This document shows positions 52,940 through 63,228 of a stretch of 64,000 bases of DNA, one piece after another. The position numbers and the translations under genes are program-made. The first letter of the stretch is position 1. Each line of letters starts with the position of its first letter. The notes under the pieces were generated by a model that worked only from the letters and a program-made list of their open reading frames with translations, did not search any database and was not told the origin of the DNA. The stretch comes from Blastocatellia bacterium (GTDB lineage: Bacteria > Acidobacteriota > Blastocatellia > UBA7656): the NCBI GenBank assembly GCA_963765495.1, contig CAVXWP010000003.1, positions 160,001 through 224,000 on the forward strand. Reading direction: 5' to 3'.

Positions 52940-54682
52940 ATGCAAACCTACCGAACACCGGGGGTCTACTTTGAGCGGCAGGACGCAGCCCCGCCGCTCA
53001 TCGCCCCCCTGCGAACCGACATCGCAGGCTTTGTGGGGATAGCCGAACGCGGCCCCCTCAATACGCCTGTGAAGATCGAATCGCTCACGCAGTTTGCAAA
53101 CGTCTTTGGCAGAAAGATCGCTCAGGGCTATCTGGCTTACGCCGTGGACGGCTTCTTCAAAAACGGCGGAGAGACCTGCTGGGTGGTTCGCGTGGCGAGT
53201 CTCGAACAATCCGAGTCGCCGAAGATCACGGCGAGGCTCGACATCTTTGACGACCTCCGTACCCCCGTGCTGCGGCTGATCGCGGGCAGTCCCGGCGCGT
53301 GGGGAAACGATATAGTTGCGCGCTGGATAATTCGGGAGGACCGCATAATTTCGCTCACGCTGCACTTCCCCGACGGAACCGAACAACTCGTACGCGAGCC
53401 GCTCGATCTTGCCCTCAAAAAGGGTCAGAAAAAAGCGCCCGACGAAACCTCATCCGAGTTGAACGCGCTCCCGGCGAGCCTGCTCACGCCGCTTGTCAGA
53501 ATCGAGTTGCCGCCTGCGGGAACGGTCTTTGAATCCGAGTCCGATCCCGAGTCTAAAATGCAGACTTCAATTCGCGCGCTCGAAGCGCGGCTCGCGGGTG
53601 GAGCCGATGCGCTCAAGGATCTGAAGCCGCAACATTTCAGCGGAGTAGATTCTGAGCCGAACAGACCCCGTGGTCTTGCCGCGCTCGAACAGATCAAGGA
53701 AGTATCGGTCATCGCCATACCCGATCTGATGCCGAAGCTCCCCATAACGGCGAAACAAAAGCCTCTGCCTCTTGATTGTGAAAGGCTCGATGTAGTTCCG
53801 CCGCCACAACGAATCGCCGAACCGGAGGTCGAGTTTCCTCCGAGCTTCGGCGATGACGAGATATTTTTATTGCAGCAGGCGATGATAAACCATTGCGAGA
53901 GGCTCGGCTATCGCGTGGCGATACTCGATTCGCCCGATACGCTGAATTCATCCGATGACCCGGAATCATTGAGCGCCTTCCTGCCGGAACAGGCGATCAA
54001 GTGGGGCGCGGACCTCGGACAGACAAGCTTCGCAGCGCTCTACTATCCGTGGATCGTGGTAGATGATCCGCTGCTTTTGACCGGCCTTGCGAGGGCGGTT
54101 CCGCCAAGCGGGCATCTGGCCGGAATCTACGCCCGCAGCGACCGCGCGCGAGGCGTTCACAAGCCCCCGGCAAACGAGGTGATCGAAGGGGCGGTCGATC
54201 TGCGTTTTTCTGTCAACGAGATTCTCCACGGCGCTTTGAATGACAACGGGGTAAACGCGCTGCGCTCGTTTGCCGGGCGCGGCATACGAGTATACGGCGC
54301 GCGGACGCTCGATTCTGAAATCCGTTTTGTCAACGTGCGCCGCCTGCTTTCGATGATCGAAAAGGCGATAGATCAAAGCACTCAATGGACGGTCTTCGAA
54401 CCAAACGACAGACTGCTCAGACGAGAGATAGACAGAGTGGCGCGCACATTTTTGCAGACGCTTTTTCGCAAGGGGATGCTCGACGGGGCGACCCCAGACG
54501 AAGCGTTCTTTGTGCAGTGCGACGATTCGATAAATCCCCCGGAACAGATTGACCTGGGGCAGGTCGTCTGCCGGATAGGCGTGCAACCGCCTTACCCGGC
54601 AGAGTTCGTGGTCGTCGTCATCGGCAAGACTCAGGACGCCATCGAGGTCTTGCAGGAACAGGGGGCTGGTCAAAATGGCTGA
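52940..54682 (+). CDS. Contractile tail sheath protein 2
   Basis: YRTPGVYFE, GVHKPPANE, VYGART, FVNVRR, PAEFV. Confidence 0.93.
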   Translation: MQTYRTPGVYFERQDAAPPLIAPLRTDIAGFVGIAERGPLNTPVKIESLTQFANVFGRKIAQGYLAYAVDGFFKNGGETCWVVRVASLEQSESPKITARLDIFDDLRTPVLRLIAGSPGAWGNDIVARWIIREDRIISLTLHFPDGTEQLVREPLDLALKKGQKKAPDETSSELNALPASLLTPLVRIELPPAGTVFESESDPESKMQTSIRALEARLAGGADALKDLKPQHFSGVDSEPNRPRGLAALEQIKEVSVIAIPDLMPKLPITAKQKPLPLDCERLDVVPPPQRIAEPEVEFPPSFGDDEIFLLQQAMINHCERLGYRVAILDSPDTLNSSDDPESLSAFLPEQAIKWGADLGQTSFAALYYPWIVVDDPLLLTGLARAVPPSGHLAGIYARSDRARGVHKPPANEVIEGAVDLRFSVNEILHGALNDNGVNALRSFAGRGIRVYGARTLDSEIRFVNVRRLLSMIEKAIDQSTQWTVFEPNDRLLRREIDRVARTFLQTLFRKGMLDGATPDEAFFVQCDDSINPPEQIDLGQVVCRIGVQPPYPAEFVVVVIGKTQDAIEVLQEQGAGQNG

Positions 54683-55115
54683 TTCGAATGCCAGAAAAGA
54701 TCCCATCCCTTCCTTTCGCTTCACGGTGCGATTTGATGATTTGCCGCCCGGCGGGTTCAGCGATTGCTCGGGCTTGCAGATGGAGACCGAGGTGCAGGAC
54801 TTTCATGAAGGCGGGCTCAATACGCATACGTGGAAGTTTGTAACGCGCACAAAACAGGCGAATCTGACGCTCAAGCGGGGAATAGTCAACAAGTCGCTGT
54901 GGGACTGGTATCAGGAACTGGTACAGGGAAAGATGCGATTTCGCAATGCCACGATCATCGTCCACGACCCGTCGGGGGCCGAAGATGTGCTCGAATTTCA
55001 GATCAATCAGGCCTTTCCTATCAAATGGGTGGGACCGGAATTGAGCGCGGCTCAAAACAATATCGCCGTAGAGATGGTTGAGTTCGCTCATCAGGGGCTT
55101 GAACGGCTCAAATGA
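54675..55115 (+). CDS. Tail tube protein 2 (gp19-like)
   Basis: DP...FRF, EGG.N, NLTLKRG, FPIKWVGP. Confidence 0.92.
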   Translation: MADSNARKDPIPSFRFTVRFDDLPPGGFSDCSGLQMETEVQDFHEGGLNTHTWKFVTRTKQANLTLKRGIVNKSLWDWYQELVQGKMRFRNATIIVHDPSGAEDVLEFQINQAFPIKWVGPELSAAQNNIAVEMVEFAHQGLERLK

Positions 55116-55145
55116 AATCGGCTCAACCGGAGATGACAAAAGGAT

Positions 55146-55343
55146 ATGCCGGTGTTTGTAGAAGAGATGACAAGCGAAGTCGCGGTGGCCGAAGGTGAAT
55201 TGCCTCTCAGCCCGTCGCAGGTCGAAAAACTCGTCGAACTGGTCTTGAAAAGACTGGCCGAAAAACAGCAGGACGACAAACGCACGCGCGATGCGACCCG
55301 GCTCCGCAGGGGCGCGTCCGAGCCGTTCGAGCCGGGTTATTGA
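55146..55343 (+). CDS. Small eCIS protein (Afp6-like position)
   Basis: 65 aa, AAGGA RBS, lies between tube 2 and the LysM gene. Confidence 0.6.
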   Translation: MPVFVEEMTSEVAVAEGELPLSPSQVEKLVELVLKRLAEKQQDDKRTRDATRLRRGASEPFEPGY

Positions 55344-55352
55344 GGACACCCT

Positions 55353-56051
55353 ATGCCGCTTATAAAAGCAGCCATAGTAGTAGACCCCGCCGACAGGGGA
55401 CCAGGTTTGCAGCCGATAATCGTCGTGCAATTCAACCCTGCGGAATACACTCTGTCGAAGGGCGCGCAAATAGCAGAGATCGCGATTCCCGGAATAGACT
55501 CGCCTATACTCCAATTCGTGCGCGGACAAAATGAGAAGCTCACGCTCGAACTTTTCTTTGACACCACGCAATTCGGGATGGGCGCGCTTGCGGTGCTCGA
55601 TGTGCGCTTGCTTACAAATCCTGTATATCAACTCGTCAAGATACAATCGAAGACGCACGCGCCGCCGCGTGTTCGTTTTATCTGGGGCAGGGGACTTTCG
55701 TTTCGCGCCATCGTCGAAAGCGTTCAGCAGAAATTCACCGTCTTTAACCCGGAAGGAGTCCCGCTGCGCGCCGCGCTTTCGGTCACATTCCGCGAATACA
55801 AGACGCTCGAAGAACAGCTAAAGGAACTCAACCTGCAATCGTCCGACCACACAAAGCGCCGGGTGGTCCGTCAGGGCGATACCCTCGCTCAGATCGCGTT
55901 TGAAGAATACAGGGACGCGTCACAGTGGCGGCACATAGCCGAAGCGCCCGCTAATGCCGCAGTCCTTAAAGACCCGCGCCGCCTCGTTCCCGGCACGGAG
56001 CTTGAAATTCCGGCGCTCGATGTATTCAACGCCCCAAACCGGAGGTCCTGA
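55353..56051 (+). CDS. CIS tube initiator with LysM domain (Afp7-like)
   Basis: VQFNPAEYTL, LFFDT, PPRVRFIWG, GVPLRA, VRQGDTLAQIA LysM. Confidence 0.9.
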   Translation: MPLIKAAIVVDPADRGPGLQPIIVVQFNPAEYTLSKGAQIAEIAIPGIDSPILQFVRGQNEKLTLELFFDTTQFGMGALAVLDVRLLTNPVYQLVKIQSKTHAPPRVRFIWGRGLSFRAIVESVQQKFTVFNPEGVPLRAALSVTFREYKTLEEQLKELNLQSSDHTKRRVVRQGDTLAQIAFEEYRDASQWRHIAEAPANAAVLKDPRRLVPGTELEIPALDVFNAPNRRS

Positions 56052-57172
56052 TGTCATCTGACGCCATTCCAATTTATCAGGGTCAGGATTTTTACGTCCC
56101 GCAATTTCAGGTCAAGGTCGCGGGCCGCCCGCAGGGGCAGGACGTTATACACGACATCCTTCAGGTCAGTTATAAGGACAGCATTCAAGATATAGACAGT
56201 TTCGAAATCACGATAAACAACTGGGACGCGCAAGAGCGAGCTTTCAAGTACAGCGATAGCGAACTGTTCGATCCGGGCAAGGAGCTGGATCTCTGGATGG
56301 GCTATTTCGGCAAAGACAGTTTACGGTTGATGATACGCGGCCAGATCACGGCCCTTCGCCCGGCCTTTCCTTCGGGCAGCTCTTCGACCCTCGTCATCAG
56401 CGGCCTCAACGTGCTGCACAAACTTCGCACACAGCAGGAGTCTCACGCTTATGAAGACATGACAGACACTCAGATCGCGCAGCAGGTAGGCTCGCGGCTC
56501 AGCGTCAAAATCGTCCCGGGCAGTGGCGCGGGAGAGCAGAAATACAAATACATCTTTCAGGATAATCAGTACGACATCATCTTTCTGATGGAGCGCGCCC
56601 GTCGCATAGGCTACGAACTTGTAGCCGAAGAACAGGGCCAGAACGGGCAGGCGGCAGAGACCGTGCTTCGATTCGCGCCTTCGGTAAACAATCGCAAGGT
56701 CACCTATCGCCTCACCTACGGCCGCTCGCTGATAGAGTTCAAACCCGATCTGACGACCGCAAATCAGGTAGGCGAAGTGACCGTTCGGGGATGGGATGCG
56801 CTCAACAAGAAAAAGATCGAGGCCACGGCAAAGCGCAGCGACATCACTACAAAGGGTGTGGGGACGAAAGGAAACCAGAAGGCCATCGAGCAGTCGTTCA
56901 ATCAGCGCAAGGAAGTCCTCGCTACCCAGAGCGTGGAAAGCGAAGCCGAGGCGAAGACGCTCGCCATCCAGACGCTCGAAAAGATAGCCAAAGACATGGT
57001 GAAGGGAAGCGGCTCAACCGTGGGACTGCCCGACCTGCGCGCGGGCAGCGTCGTCGAGATAGACGGTCTCGGCAATCGCTTCAGCGGAAGGTACTTCATA
57101 ACATCCACGACCCACGCCATAGGTGACAGCGGCTACACGACGCAGTTTGAATGCCGCCGCGAGGAGATATGA
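56051..57172 (+). CDS. Baseplate hub (phage late control D / gp27-like)
   Basis: Q.NQYDIIFLMERARRIGYE, VTVRGWD, GLPDLRAG, FSGRYFIT. Confidence 0.9.
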   Translation: MSSDAIPIYQGQDFYVPQFQVKVAGRPQGQDVIHDILQVSYKDSIQDIDSFEITINNWDAQERAFKYSDSELFDPGKELDLWMGYFGKDSLRLMIRGQITALRPAFPSGSSSTLVISGLNVLHKLRTQQESHAYEDMTDTQIAQQVGSRLSVKIVPGSGAGEQKYKYIFQDNQYDIIFLMERARRIGYELVAEEQGQNGQAAETVLRFAPSVNNRKVTYRLTYGRSLIEFKPDLTTANQVGEVTVRGWDALNKKKIEATAKRSDITTKGVGTKGNQKAIEQSFNQRKEVLATQSVESEAEAKTLAIQTLEKIAKDMVKGSGSTVGLPDLRAGSVVEIDGLGNRFSGRYFITSTTHAIGDSGYTTQFECRREEI

Positions 57173-57750
57173 GGCAACGAGAAAACGGCATAGTGATCGG
57201 CACGGTCCTCGACCTCGAAGACCCCGAAAAACTTGGGCGCGTGAAGGTGCGGCTCGCGCAATACAACGACGAGCAGAGTTGCTGGGCGCGTATCGTCGCT
57301 CCGATGGCGGGAAAAGATCGCGGCTTCTTTTTCAGGCCGGAAAAGGAAGATGAAGTCCTGGTCGCATTTGAAAACGGAGACCCGCGCCGCGCCTATGTGA
57401 TGGGCGCGCTCTGGAGCAAGGTGGACACCCCGCCGCCTGATGACGGCAAACAGGCAGACAACAACTGGCGTTTTATCGTTTCGCGTTCGGGTCACATACT
57501 CCGCTTCGATGATACGAGCGGGGCCGAAAAGATCGAGGTGATTGATAAGACCGGCAAGCACAGGATCATCGTTGACGCATCGGGCGACAAGCTCCAGATC
57601 ATCTGCGACAGCGGCGATGTGGAAGTAAAGGCCCCGGCAGGCTCGATAAAAGTCGAGGCGAAATCAATCGAGATAACCGCCTCGGCCGATATGACGGTCA
57701 AGGCCGGAACCCAGATGAAGATTCAAGGCGCGAAGGTAGACATCAACTGA
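57169..57750 (+). CDS. Spike protein (gpV/gp5 OB-fold)
   Basis: DPEKLGRVKV, WARI, GFFFRPE..DEVLVAFENGD, beta-helix tail. Confidence 0.92.
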   Translation: MRQRENGIVIGTVLDLEDPEKLGRVKVRLAQYNDEQSCWARIVAPMAGKDRGFFFRPEKEDEVLVAFENGDPRRAYVMGALWSKVDTPPPDDGKQADNNWRFIVSRSGHILRFDDTSGAEKIEVIDKTGKHRIIVDASGDKLQIICDSGDVEVKAPAGSIKVEAKSIEITASADMTVKAGTQMKIQGAKVDIN

Positions 57751-57793
57751 TGGTTGACATCAACTGATGGTTGACACAACCGAAGGAGGCGAC

Positions 57794-58183
57794 ATGGGAC
57801 AGCCCGCAGCAAAGCAGGGAGATCGCATCACGGCTCTTAACATGCATCTGATACAGCCGCCCGGACCGACTTCGCCCGTGCTCACGCCTCACCCGTTTAG
57901 CGGGATAATCGACGGAAGTCTCAGCGCGGATGTCAACATCGAAGGTCGTGCGGCGGCGACCACGGGCAGCACGGCGACCAATACGCCTCCCCACATTCCG
58001 CAGGGCGGGTCGTTTGTAAATCCTCCGACAAATCGCGCCACGATCATAAAGGGGAGTCTCACGGTTTCGATAAACGGGAAACCGGCGGCGCGCGCAGGCG
58101 ATACGGCGCTTACGTGCAACGACCCGGTGGACGCGCCCGTAGGCACCGTGGTGGCGCAAGGGACGGTGACGATAGGTGGCTGA
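57794..58183 (+). CDS. PAAR spike-tip protein
   Basis: QPAAKQGD, RAAA, KPAARAGD. Confidence 0.92.
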   Translation: MGQPAAKQGDRITALNMHLIQPPGPTSPVLTPHPFSGIIDGSLSADVNIEGRAAATTGSTATNTPPHIPQGGSFVNPPTNRATIIKGSLTVSINGKPAARAGDTALTCNDPVDAPVGTVVAQGTVTIGG

Positions 58184-58583
58184 CGCAACACAAAATTTCA
58201 TAGGTCAGGGCTGGTGGTTTCCGGTCAAGCCAGATTCTCAGGGCAGGTTGAGATGGGTATCGGGCGATGAAGAGATACGCCAGAGCATCTGGCTGATCCT
58301 GACGACCGCGCCCGGTGAACGACAGATGAGGCCGGAATTCGGATGCGGAATTTACGATCTGGTCTTTGACGCAAACACGGCCATGCTGCACGGGCTTGTG
58401 CAGGAAAACGTACGGGTAGCCCTGACGAAATGGGAGCCTCGCATCGACGTTCTGGATGTGCGAGTGGAATCCCCGCCCGAACAGCGCAACCTGCTGTTGA
58501 TCCACGTTGATTATCGCATCCGCGCCAACAACGCGTTTTTCAATCTGGTCTACCCGTTCTTCCTGATTGAAGGCGCAGGGTAA
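58176..58583 (+). CDS. gp25/GPW baseplate wedge protein
   Basis: GW.FP, PGERQMRPEFGC, WEPRI, NLVYPF. Confidence 0.93.
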   Translation: MADATQNFIGQGWWFPVKPDSQGRLRWVSGDEEIRQSIWLILTTAPGERQMRPEFGCGIYDLVFDANTAMLHGLVQENVRVALTKWEPRIDVLDVRVESPPEQRNLLLIHVDYRIRANNAFFNLVYPFFLIEGAG

Positions 58584-58587
58584 CGAT

Positions 58588-60531
58588 ATGCCTCTTGAAG
58601 AACCAAAACTCGACGACAGAAATTTCGAACAACTGGTTCGGGACCTGCGATTGCGCATTCCGCGCTACACAAAGGAATGGACCAATTTCAACGACAGCGA
58701 CCCGGGGATAACGCTGCTACAACTCTTTGCGTGGCTTTCGGAGATGATGCTCTTCCGAATGAATCAGGTCCCGCTCAAGAACTACGTAAAATTCCTGAAA
58801 CTGCTCGGTCAGGAACTCCGGCCCGCAAGACCCGCCCGAGCGCGCCTGACCTTTACCGCGACTCCCGGCGCTGCGGTCGAGCCGGTACCGGCGCGGGCGC
58901 AGGTCTCCGCGCAGATTGATGACGGGGGCGAGCCTCTGACATTCGAAACCGAAAGAGGGCTGGACGTGATCCCCGTCCCGCTCGAAACCGTAGGCGTCTT
59001 TGACGGCGCGGCGTTTATAAATGTCACCGAAGCAAACAAGACTCCCGGCACGAAATTCCACCCGTTCGGCTGGGCACCAGACATCGGCAACGCGCTTTAT
59101 CTGGGCTTCAAACCGCCCGACCCCATACCGCCGGGTCAATTGTCTCCGTTCCCGCAAGAGATGACTTTTTGCGCGTTTTTGCCGCCGGAAATCACCGCCG
59201 GAATACCGCAGAAATGTACGGGCGAATCGCGCCCGCCCGTGCCGCCCGTGAATCTCGTCTGGGAGTTTCGCCCCGACGCAAACGACCCGAACTGGCAACG
59301 GTTGAATGTGTTCGAAGACGAGACCGCCGCTTTCACACGCGAAGGCTACATTCGCGTGGAAGGACCGCGAGAGATAAAGCCTTCAAGCGAACCTCGCCTG
59401 AGCCAGGAGCCCCGTTACTGGATTCGAACGCGGCTTTCCGACCCCGTGACTTACCCGGCGGGCCGGGTTCCGCAGATCGATTTTCTGCGCCCGAATACGG
59501 TTGATGCCGTAAATCTCAACACCGTCCGCGAAGAGATTCTGGGGATAAGCGAGGGGCAGCCGCGCGAGCAATTTCAACTCTTGCGAAAACCGGTCCAAAA
59601 AACATCGCTGAAGTTGAGGACCGAGTTGCCCGATACTGAACCCGAGACGTGGATACAGGTAGAAGATTTTCTTTCCTCAAAACCCGATGATCCGCATTAC
59701 ACGCTCAACGCCACAGCCGCGATCATCGAATTCGGCGATGGGGACCGGGGCCGCATCCCGGAAGCCGGAGCTACGGTACTCGCGACCGAATACAGATACG
59801 GCGGCGGCGCGCGAGGCAACAAGGCGGGCATCGGGTCTATAAAAAATCCGCAGAGCGTTCTTGTAGGCATAGACAAGATATTCAACGAGCGCCCCGCCGT
59901 CGGTGGAGTCGATGAGCAGACGCTCGATGATATAAAGCTCGAAGCGGCTTCGCTGCTCAGGCGGCGCGACCGCGCGGTGACGCCCGAGGATTTTAAATCT
60001 TTCGCCGAAGAGATCGGCGGCGTAGCAAAAGCAAAGGCGCTGGCCTTGTTTCACCCCGATCATCCCGGTGTCGAGGTTCCCGGGGCTATCACCGTGGTTG
60101 TCGTCCCCGACAACGAAGACAAACCTCCAAAGCCTTCCGCCGATCTCATCCGCGAAATCTGCGCCCACCTCGATGAGAAGCGTCTGCTTACAACCGAGGT
60201 CTTTGTGAAAGGCCCCGAGTATCAGGAAATCCGCGTAGAGGCGCGCGTGACGGCGCAGCCCTATGCTTCATTCAATGCCGTGACAATCGCCGTCATCAAG
60301 GCGATTGATAGGCTGCTGGACCCCCGCCGCAGAGAATTCGGAGAGGAACTGTTCCCGACCAGTTTGTATAGCGTCATCTTGACTGTGGTGGATGTAGTGG
60401 CCGTGTTGTCACTGAACATCTTTGTTGACGGCAGGAGACAGGAAGACCTAAAGCCGGTTGATGTGCCCCTCGATGGTCTGATCTTCGGGCGCAATCACAT
60501 CATCTCGGTCGAACCGGCTCAGGATAGATAG
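58588..60531 (+). CDS. Baseplate J/gp6-like assembly protein (Afp11-like)
   Basis: LDDRNF, WTNFNDSDPGITL, FGDG.RGRIP, RAVTPED. Confidence 0.92.
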   Translation: MPLEEPKLDDRNFEQLVRDLRLRIPRYTKEWTNFNDSDPGITLLQLFAWLSEMMLFRMNQVPLKNYVKFLKLLGQELRPARPARARLTFTATPGAAVEPVPARAQVSAQIDDGGEPLTFETERGLDVIPVPLETVGVFDGAAFINVTEANKTPGTKFHPFGWAPDIGNALYLGFKPPDPIPPGQLSPFPQEMTFCAFLPPEITAGIPQKCTGESRPPVPPVNLVWEFRPDANDPNWQRLNVFEDETAAFTREGYIRVEGPREIKPSSEPRLSQEPRYWIRTRLSDPVTYPAGRVPQIDFLRPNTVDAVNLNTVREEILGISEGQPREQFQLLRKPVQKTSLKLRTELPDTEPETWIQVEDFLSSKPDDPHYTLNATAAIIEFGDGDRGRIPEAGATVLATEYRYGGGARGNKAGIGSIKNPQSVLVGIDKIFNERPAVGGVDEQTLDDIKLEAASLLRRRDRAVTPEDFKSFAEEIGGVAKAKALALFHPDHPGVEVPGAITVVVVPDNEDKPPKPSADLIREICAHLDEKRLLTTEVFVKGPEYQEIRVEARVTAQPYASFNAVTIAVIKAIDRLLDPRRREFGEELFPTSLYSVILTVVDVVAVLSLNIFVDGRRQEDLKPVDVPLDGLIFGRNHIISVEPAQDR

Positions 60532-60539
60532 GACCCCGT

Positions 60540-63212
60540 ATGCGACTCGAACCAAAAGGCTCGACATTCTGGCTGATCGGAGGCCAAAGCGGCGGCTGGG
60601 TCAAGCGAACTGCCGATGGTGCTCAGTCGGCCGTAAGCGACACCGACGGCGTTCGCCTGAATGCCGCGCCCGACGGACCGCTTTCGCTCGTCTCATCAGA
60701 CGGCAGCCTCGGAGGGCTGATCCTTCCTCGCGGTTTTGCGCTCGACCGAGGGAATACCCTGTATCTGTTGAGCGATGAAGAACTCTCGATCAAGCGCTTC
60801 GATTCGGAATCGCGCACATTCAAACGACTGCCGGAAATCGGTTCGGCAGGGTCGGCGCCGCGCCGGTTTTCCAGTCCCTCAAACATCGCCATCACAGGCA
60901 AATGGCTCTATGTGGCCGACACGGGAAACCGTAGAGTTCAAGTATTTGATCTGGATAACCTCGCGCTTGTCGAACTCTGGGAGCCGAATCAGGAGCGCGC
61001 CAGGTGGAGGCCGGTTGATGTCGCCGAGCACAGGGGGAGCGTATACATACTCGATTCAGAGGGACCGCGCATCTATCGCCACACGCCAGGGAGCGAGATT
61101 GTCGAGTATCTGAAATGCCAACCCCCGAAGGGTCAATGGACCAGAATCGCCATAGATCGGGAAGGTCGCATCTATCTGCTGGGCTCGATGGAAAAAAGCG
61201 AGGCAAACGCGCCCGCGCTTGTCGAGATTTCCAGTTGCGACCCCGTCTCCTTTACAGACGCGGGCGCGCTTCGAGACCGATTCGATCCACCCGCGATAAG
61301 GCTCGATGATCGCAATCGGTTCTGTCTTCCCGCGTCGCTTGCGAGGGTCTGCGGACGGCGAAAGCCCGAGCCCGCTCCGGCCCCGGAGACACAGTTAGGA
61401 TTATGCGCGCCGTTCGACAAGGCAGCCGGAAGATGCGATGAACCGACCGCGCCGCGAACGATAAGAACGGCGGCTGGGGCTTTTCTGCTCTATGTGCTTG
61501 AGCGCGAGCGGCGTCGCGTTCGCGCTTACACAAATGACGGGCGGAGGTTGCGTCACAGTTGGGGCGACGGACTCGATTGGAAGCCTGTTGATGTGGCCGC
61601 GCGCGGTTTGATTGCCTGCGTGCTCGACGAAGACGGGACGATTTACCTGCACAGGGCCGGGCGCGATTCTGTACGTGTGATCGTGTCGGCAGACGCGTCT
61701 TCAAATGCGCCGTCGCAAGTCGCCATCGATGAAGGCGGATTGATCCTCACACACGCGCCGGGGGAGGCGAAGGTTGCGGTTTATAACTGCGGAGGGAGTC
61801 CCTGCGGAGAGAAGCGCTACAGCCAGGTCGCGGCCCTCTTCGAAACAGCCGGTCCGAATGAAGCGGCGGCGCTCGGCAGCGGCCTGATCTTTAACAGACG
61901 GGGCGAGGCGATTGAATCCGTTTATGCGAGCGATCAAACGGGGCCGACGCTGTATGAACGGGTGGGAAGGTGGCGCGGCAACCCGCTCGACAGTTCTATC
62001 TACAAGTGTCAGTGGCATCGACTGGAGCTTGGAGTCTCGGAACTGCCTCCGGGCAGCCGCATAGAAGTCAGCACTTATGCGCACGAGACAAAGGATGGCG
62101 TGCTTGGCGTGCCGGATGAGCAATGGCAACACGCCTATACGATCCTCGCTCCGATCGAGCCGCCGCGCTGCGATGAAGAGGAGATTCGCAGGTTTGAATT
62201 TCTGGTGCAGAGCGGCAACGGGCGATACCTGTCGATTCGGATGAATCTCTACGGCGACGGCTTCAGCACGCCGGTCGTGCGATCAATCAAGGCGCACTAC
62301 CCGCGAGAGCCATATCTTCAATATCTTCCCGATGCGTGGTCGTCTGATGACGAGAGCCGCGTCTTTTTAGAGCATTTCCTTGCGATCTTTCAGACCGAGT
62401 GGGACGACCTTGACCGACAGATAAACGAAGTCGAGCGGTACTTCGATCCCGACGCCGTGCCCGGCGGCCCTTTTCTCGAATATCTGGCGAAGCAGTGGCT
62501 TGCGCTTCCGCTCGAAGGCGACTGGAATCAGGATCAGAAACGACGATTGCTCTCCGAGGCTCCGAAGATTTATCCGCACCGGGGCAAACCCGGCGGCCTG
62601 CGCCGCTTTATCGCCGTTTATCTGGCAAACATGGCCAACCTGCCCGCCGATGACGTGACGAGCGCCGGGTTCCCCGTAATAGTCGAAGGATTTCGCGAGC
62701 GTAGACACCTGTTTCTCGCAGCCGATAAGACCGGCAGGCTCGGCAAATCCGGCTCGCTCTGGAGCGCAAGCGTAGTCAGGCGATTGCAAATCGGGGTCTT
62801 TTCTCGCGAGGGAGAGGTAGAGCTTGTAAGCACGGGCGACCCTTCGCACGACGTTTTTCACCAGTATGCCCATCGCTTTCGGGTAATGGTTCCCGCAAGC
62901 TGGGTGCGCACAGCCCGCGACGAACGCATGATCCGGCGCGCCATCGAAGCTGAAAAGCCCGCGCAGACGCGCTATGACCTGTGCCTTGTCGATGCAAGGT
63001 TCCGAATCGGCGTTCAGTCAACCGTAGGCATAGACACGATCATCGGCGAGACGCCACAGACGGCGCTCAATTGCCCGCACAAAACCGACACGCCGCCGAG
63101 TCTGCCCGCAAGCGGGCGACTCGGGTTAGACACGGTTTTGACTTCCGGCCCAGACGAGGTGATGCAACTCAAACCGGGCACTACTATCGGCAAGAGTTCG
63201 CTGCTTGCTTGA
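60540..63212 (+). CDS. Baseplate/tail protein: NHL beta-propeller N-terminus plus P2 gpI-like C-terminus
   Basis: LYVADTGNRRVQVFD NHL repeat; YLQYLP...FLEHFLAIF...FDPDAVP..FL, EKPA. Confidence 0.8.
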   Translation: MRLEPKGSTFWLIGGQSGGWVKRTADGAQSAVSDTDGVRLNAAPDGPLSLVSSDGSLGGLILPRGFALDRGNTLYLLSDEELSIKRFDSESRTFKRLPEIGSAGSAPRRFSSPSNIAITGKWLYVADTGNRRVQVFDLDNLALVELWEPNQERARWRPVDVAEHRGSVYILDSEGPRIYRHTPGSEIVEYLKCQPPKGQWTRIAIDREGRIYLLGSMEKSEANAPALVEISSCDPVSFTDAGALRDRFDPPAIRLDDRNRFCLPASLARVCGRRKPEPAPAPETQLGLCAPFDKAAGRCDEPTAPRTIRTAAGAFLLYVLERERRRVRAYTNDGRRLRHSWGDGLDWKPVDVAARGLIACVLDEDGTIYLHRAGRDSVRVIVSADASSNAPSQVAIDEGGLILTHAPGEAKVAVYNCGGSPCGEKRYSQVAALFETAGPNEAAALGSGLIFNRRGEAIESVYASDQTGPTLYERVGRWRGNPLDSSIYKCQWHRLELGVSELPPGSRIEVSTYAHETKDGVLGVPDEQWQHAYTILAPIEPPRCDEEEIRRFEFLVQSGNGRYLSIRMNLYGDGFSTPVVRSIKAHYPREPYLQYLPDAWSSDDESRVFLEHFLAIFQTEWDDLDRQINEVERYFDPDAVPGGPFLEYLAKQWLALPLEGDWNQDQKRRLLSEAPKIYPHRGKPGGLRRFIAVYLANMANLPADDVTSAGFPVIVEGFRERRHLFLAADKTGRLGKSGSLWSASVVRRLQIGVFSREGEVELVSTGDPSHDVFHQYAHRFRVMVPASWVRTARDERMIRRAIEAEKPAQTRYDLCLVDARFRIGVQSTVGIDTIIGETPQTALNCPHKTDTPPSLPASGRLGLDTVLTSGPDEVMQLKPGTTIGKSSLLA

Positions 63213-63228
63213 AAAGGAGAGGACCGAA

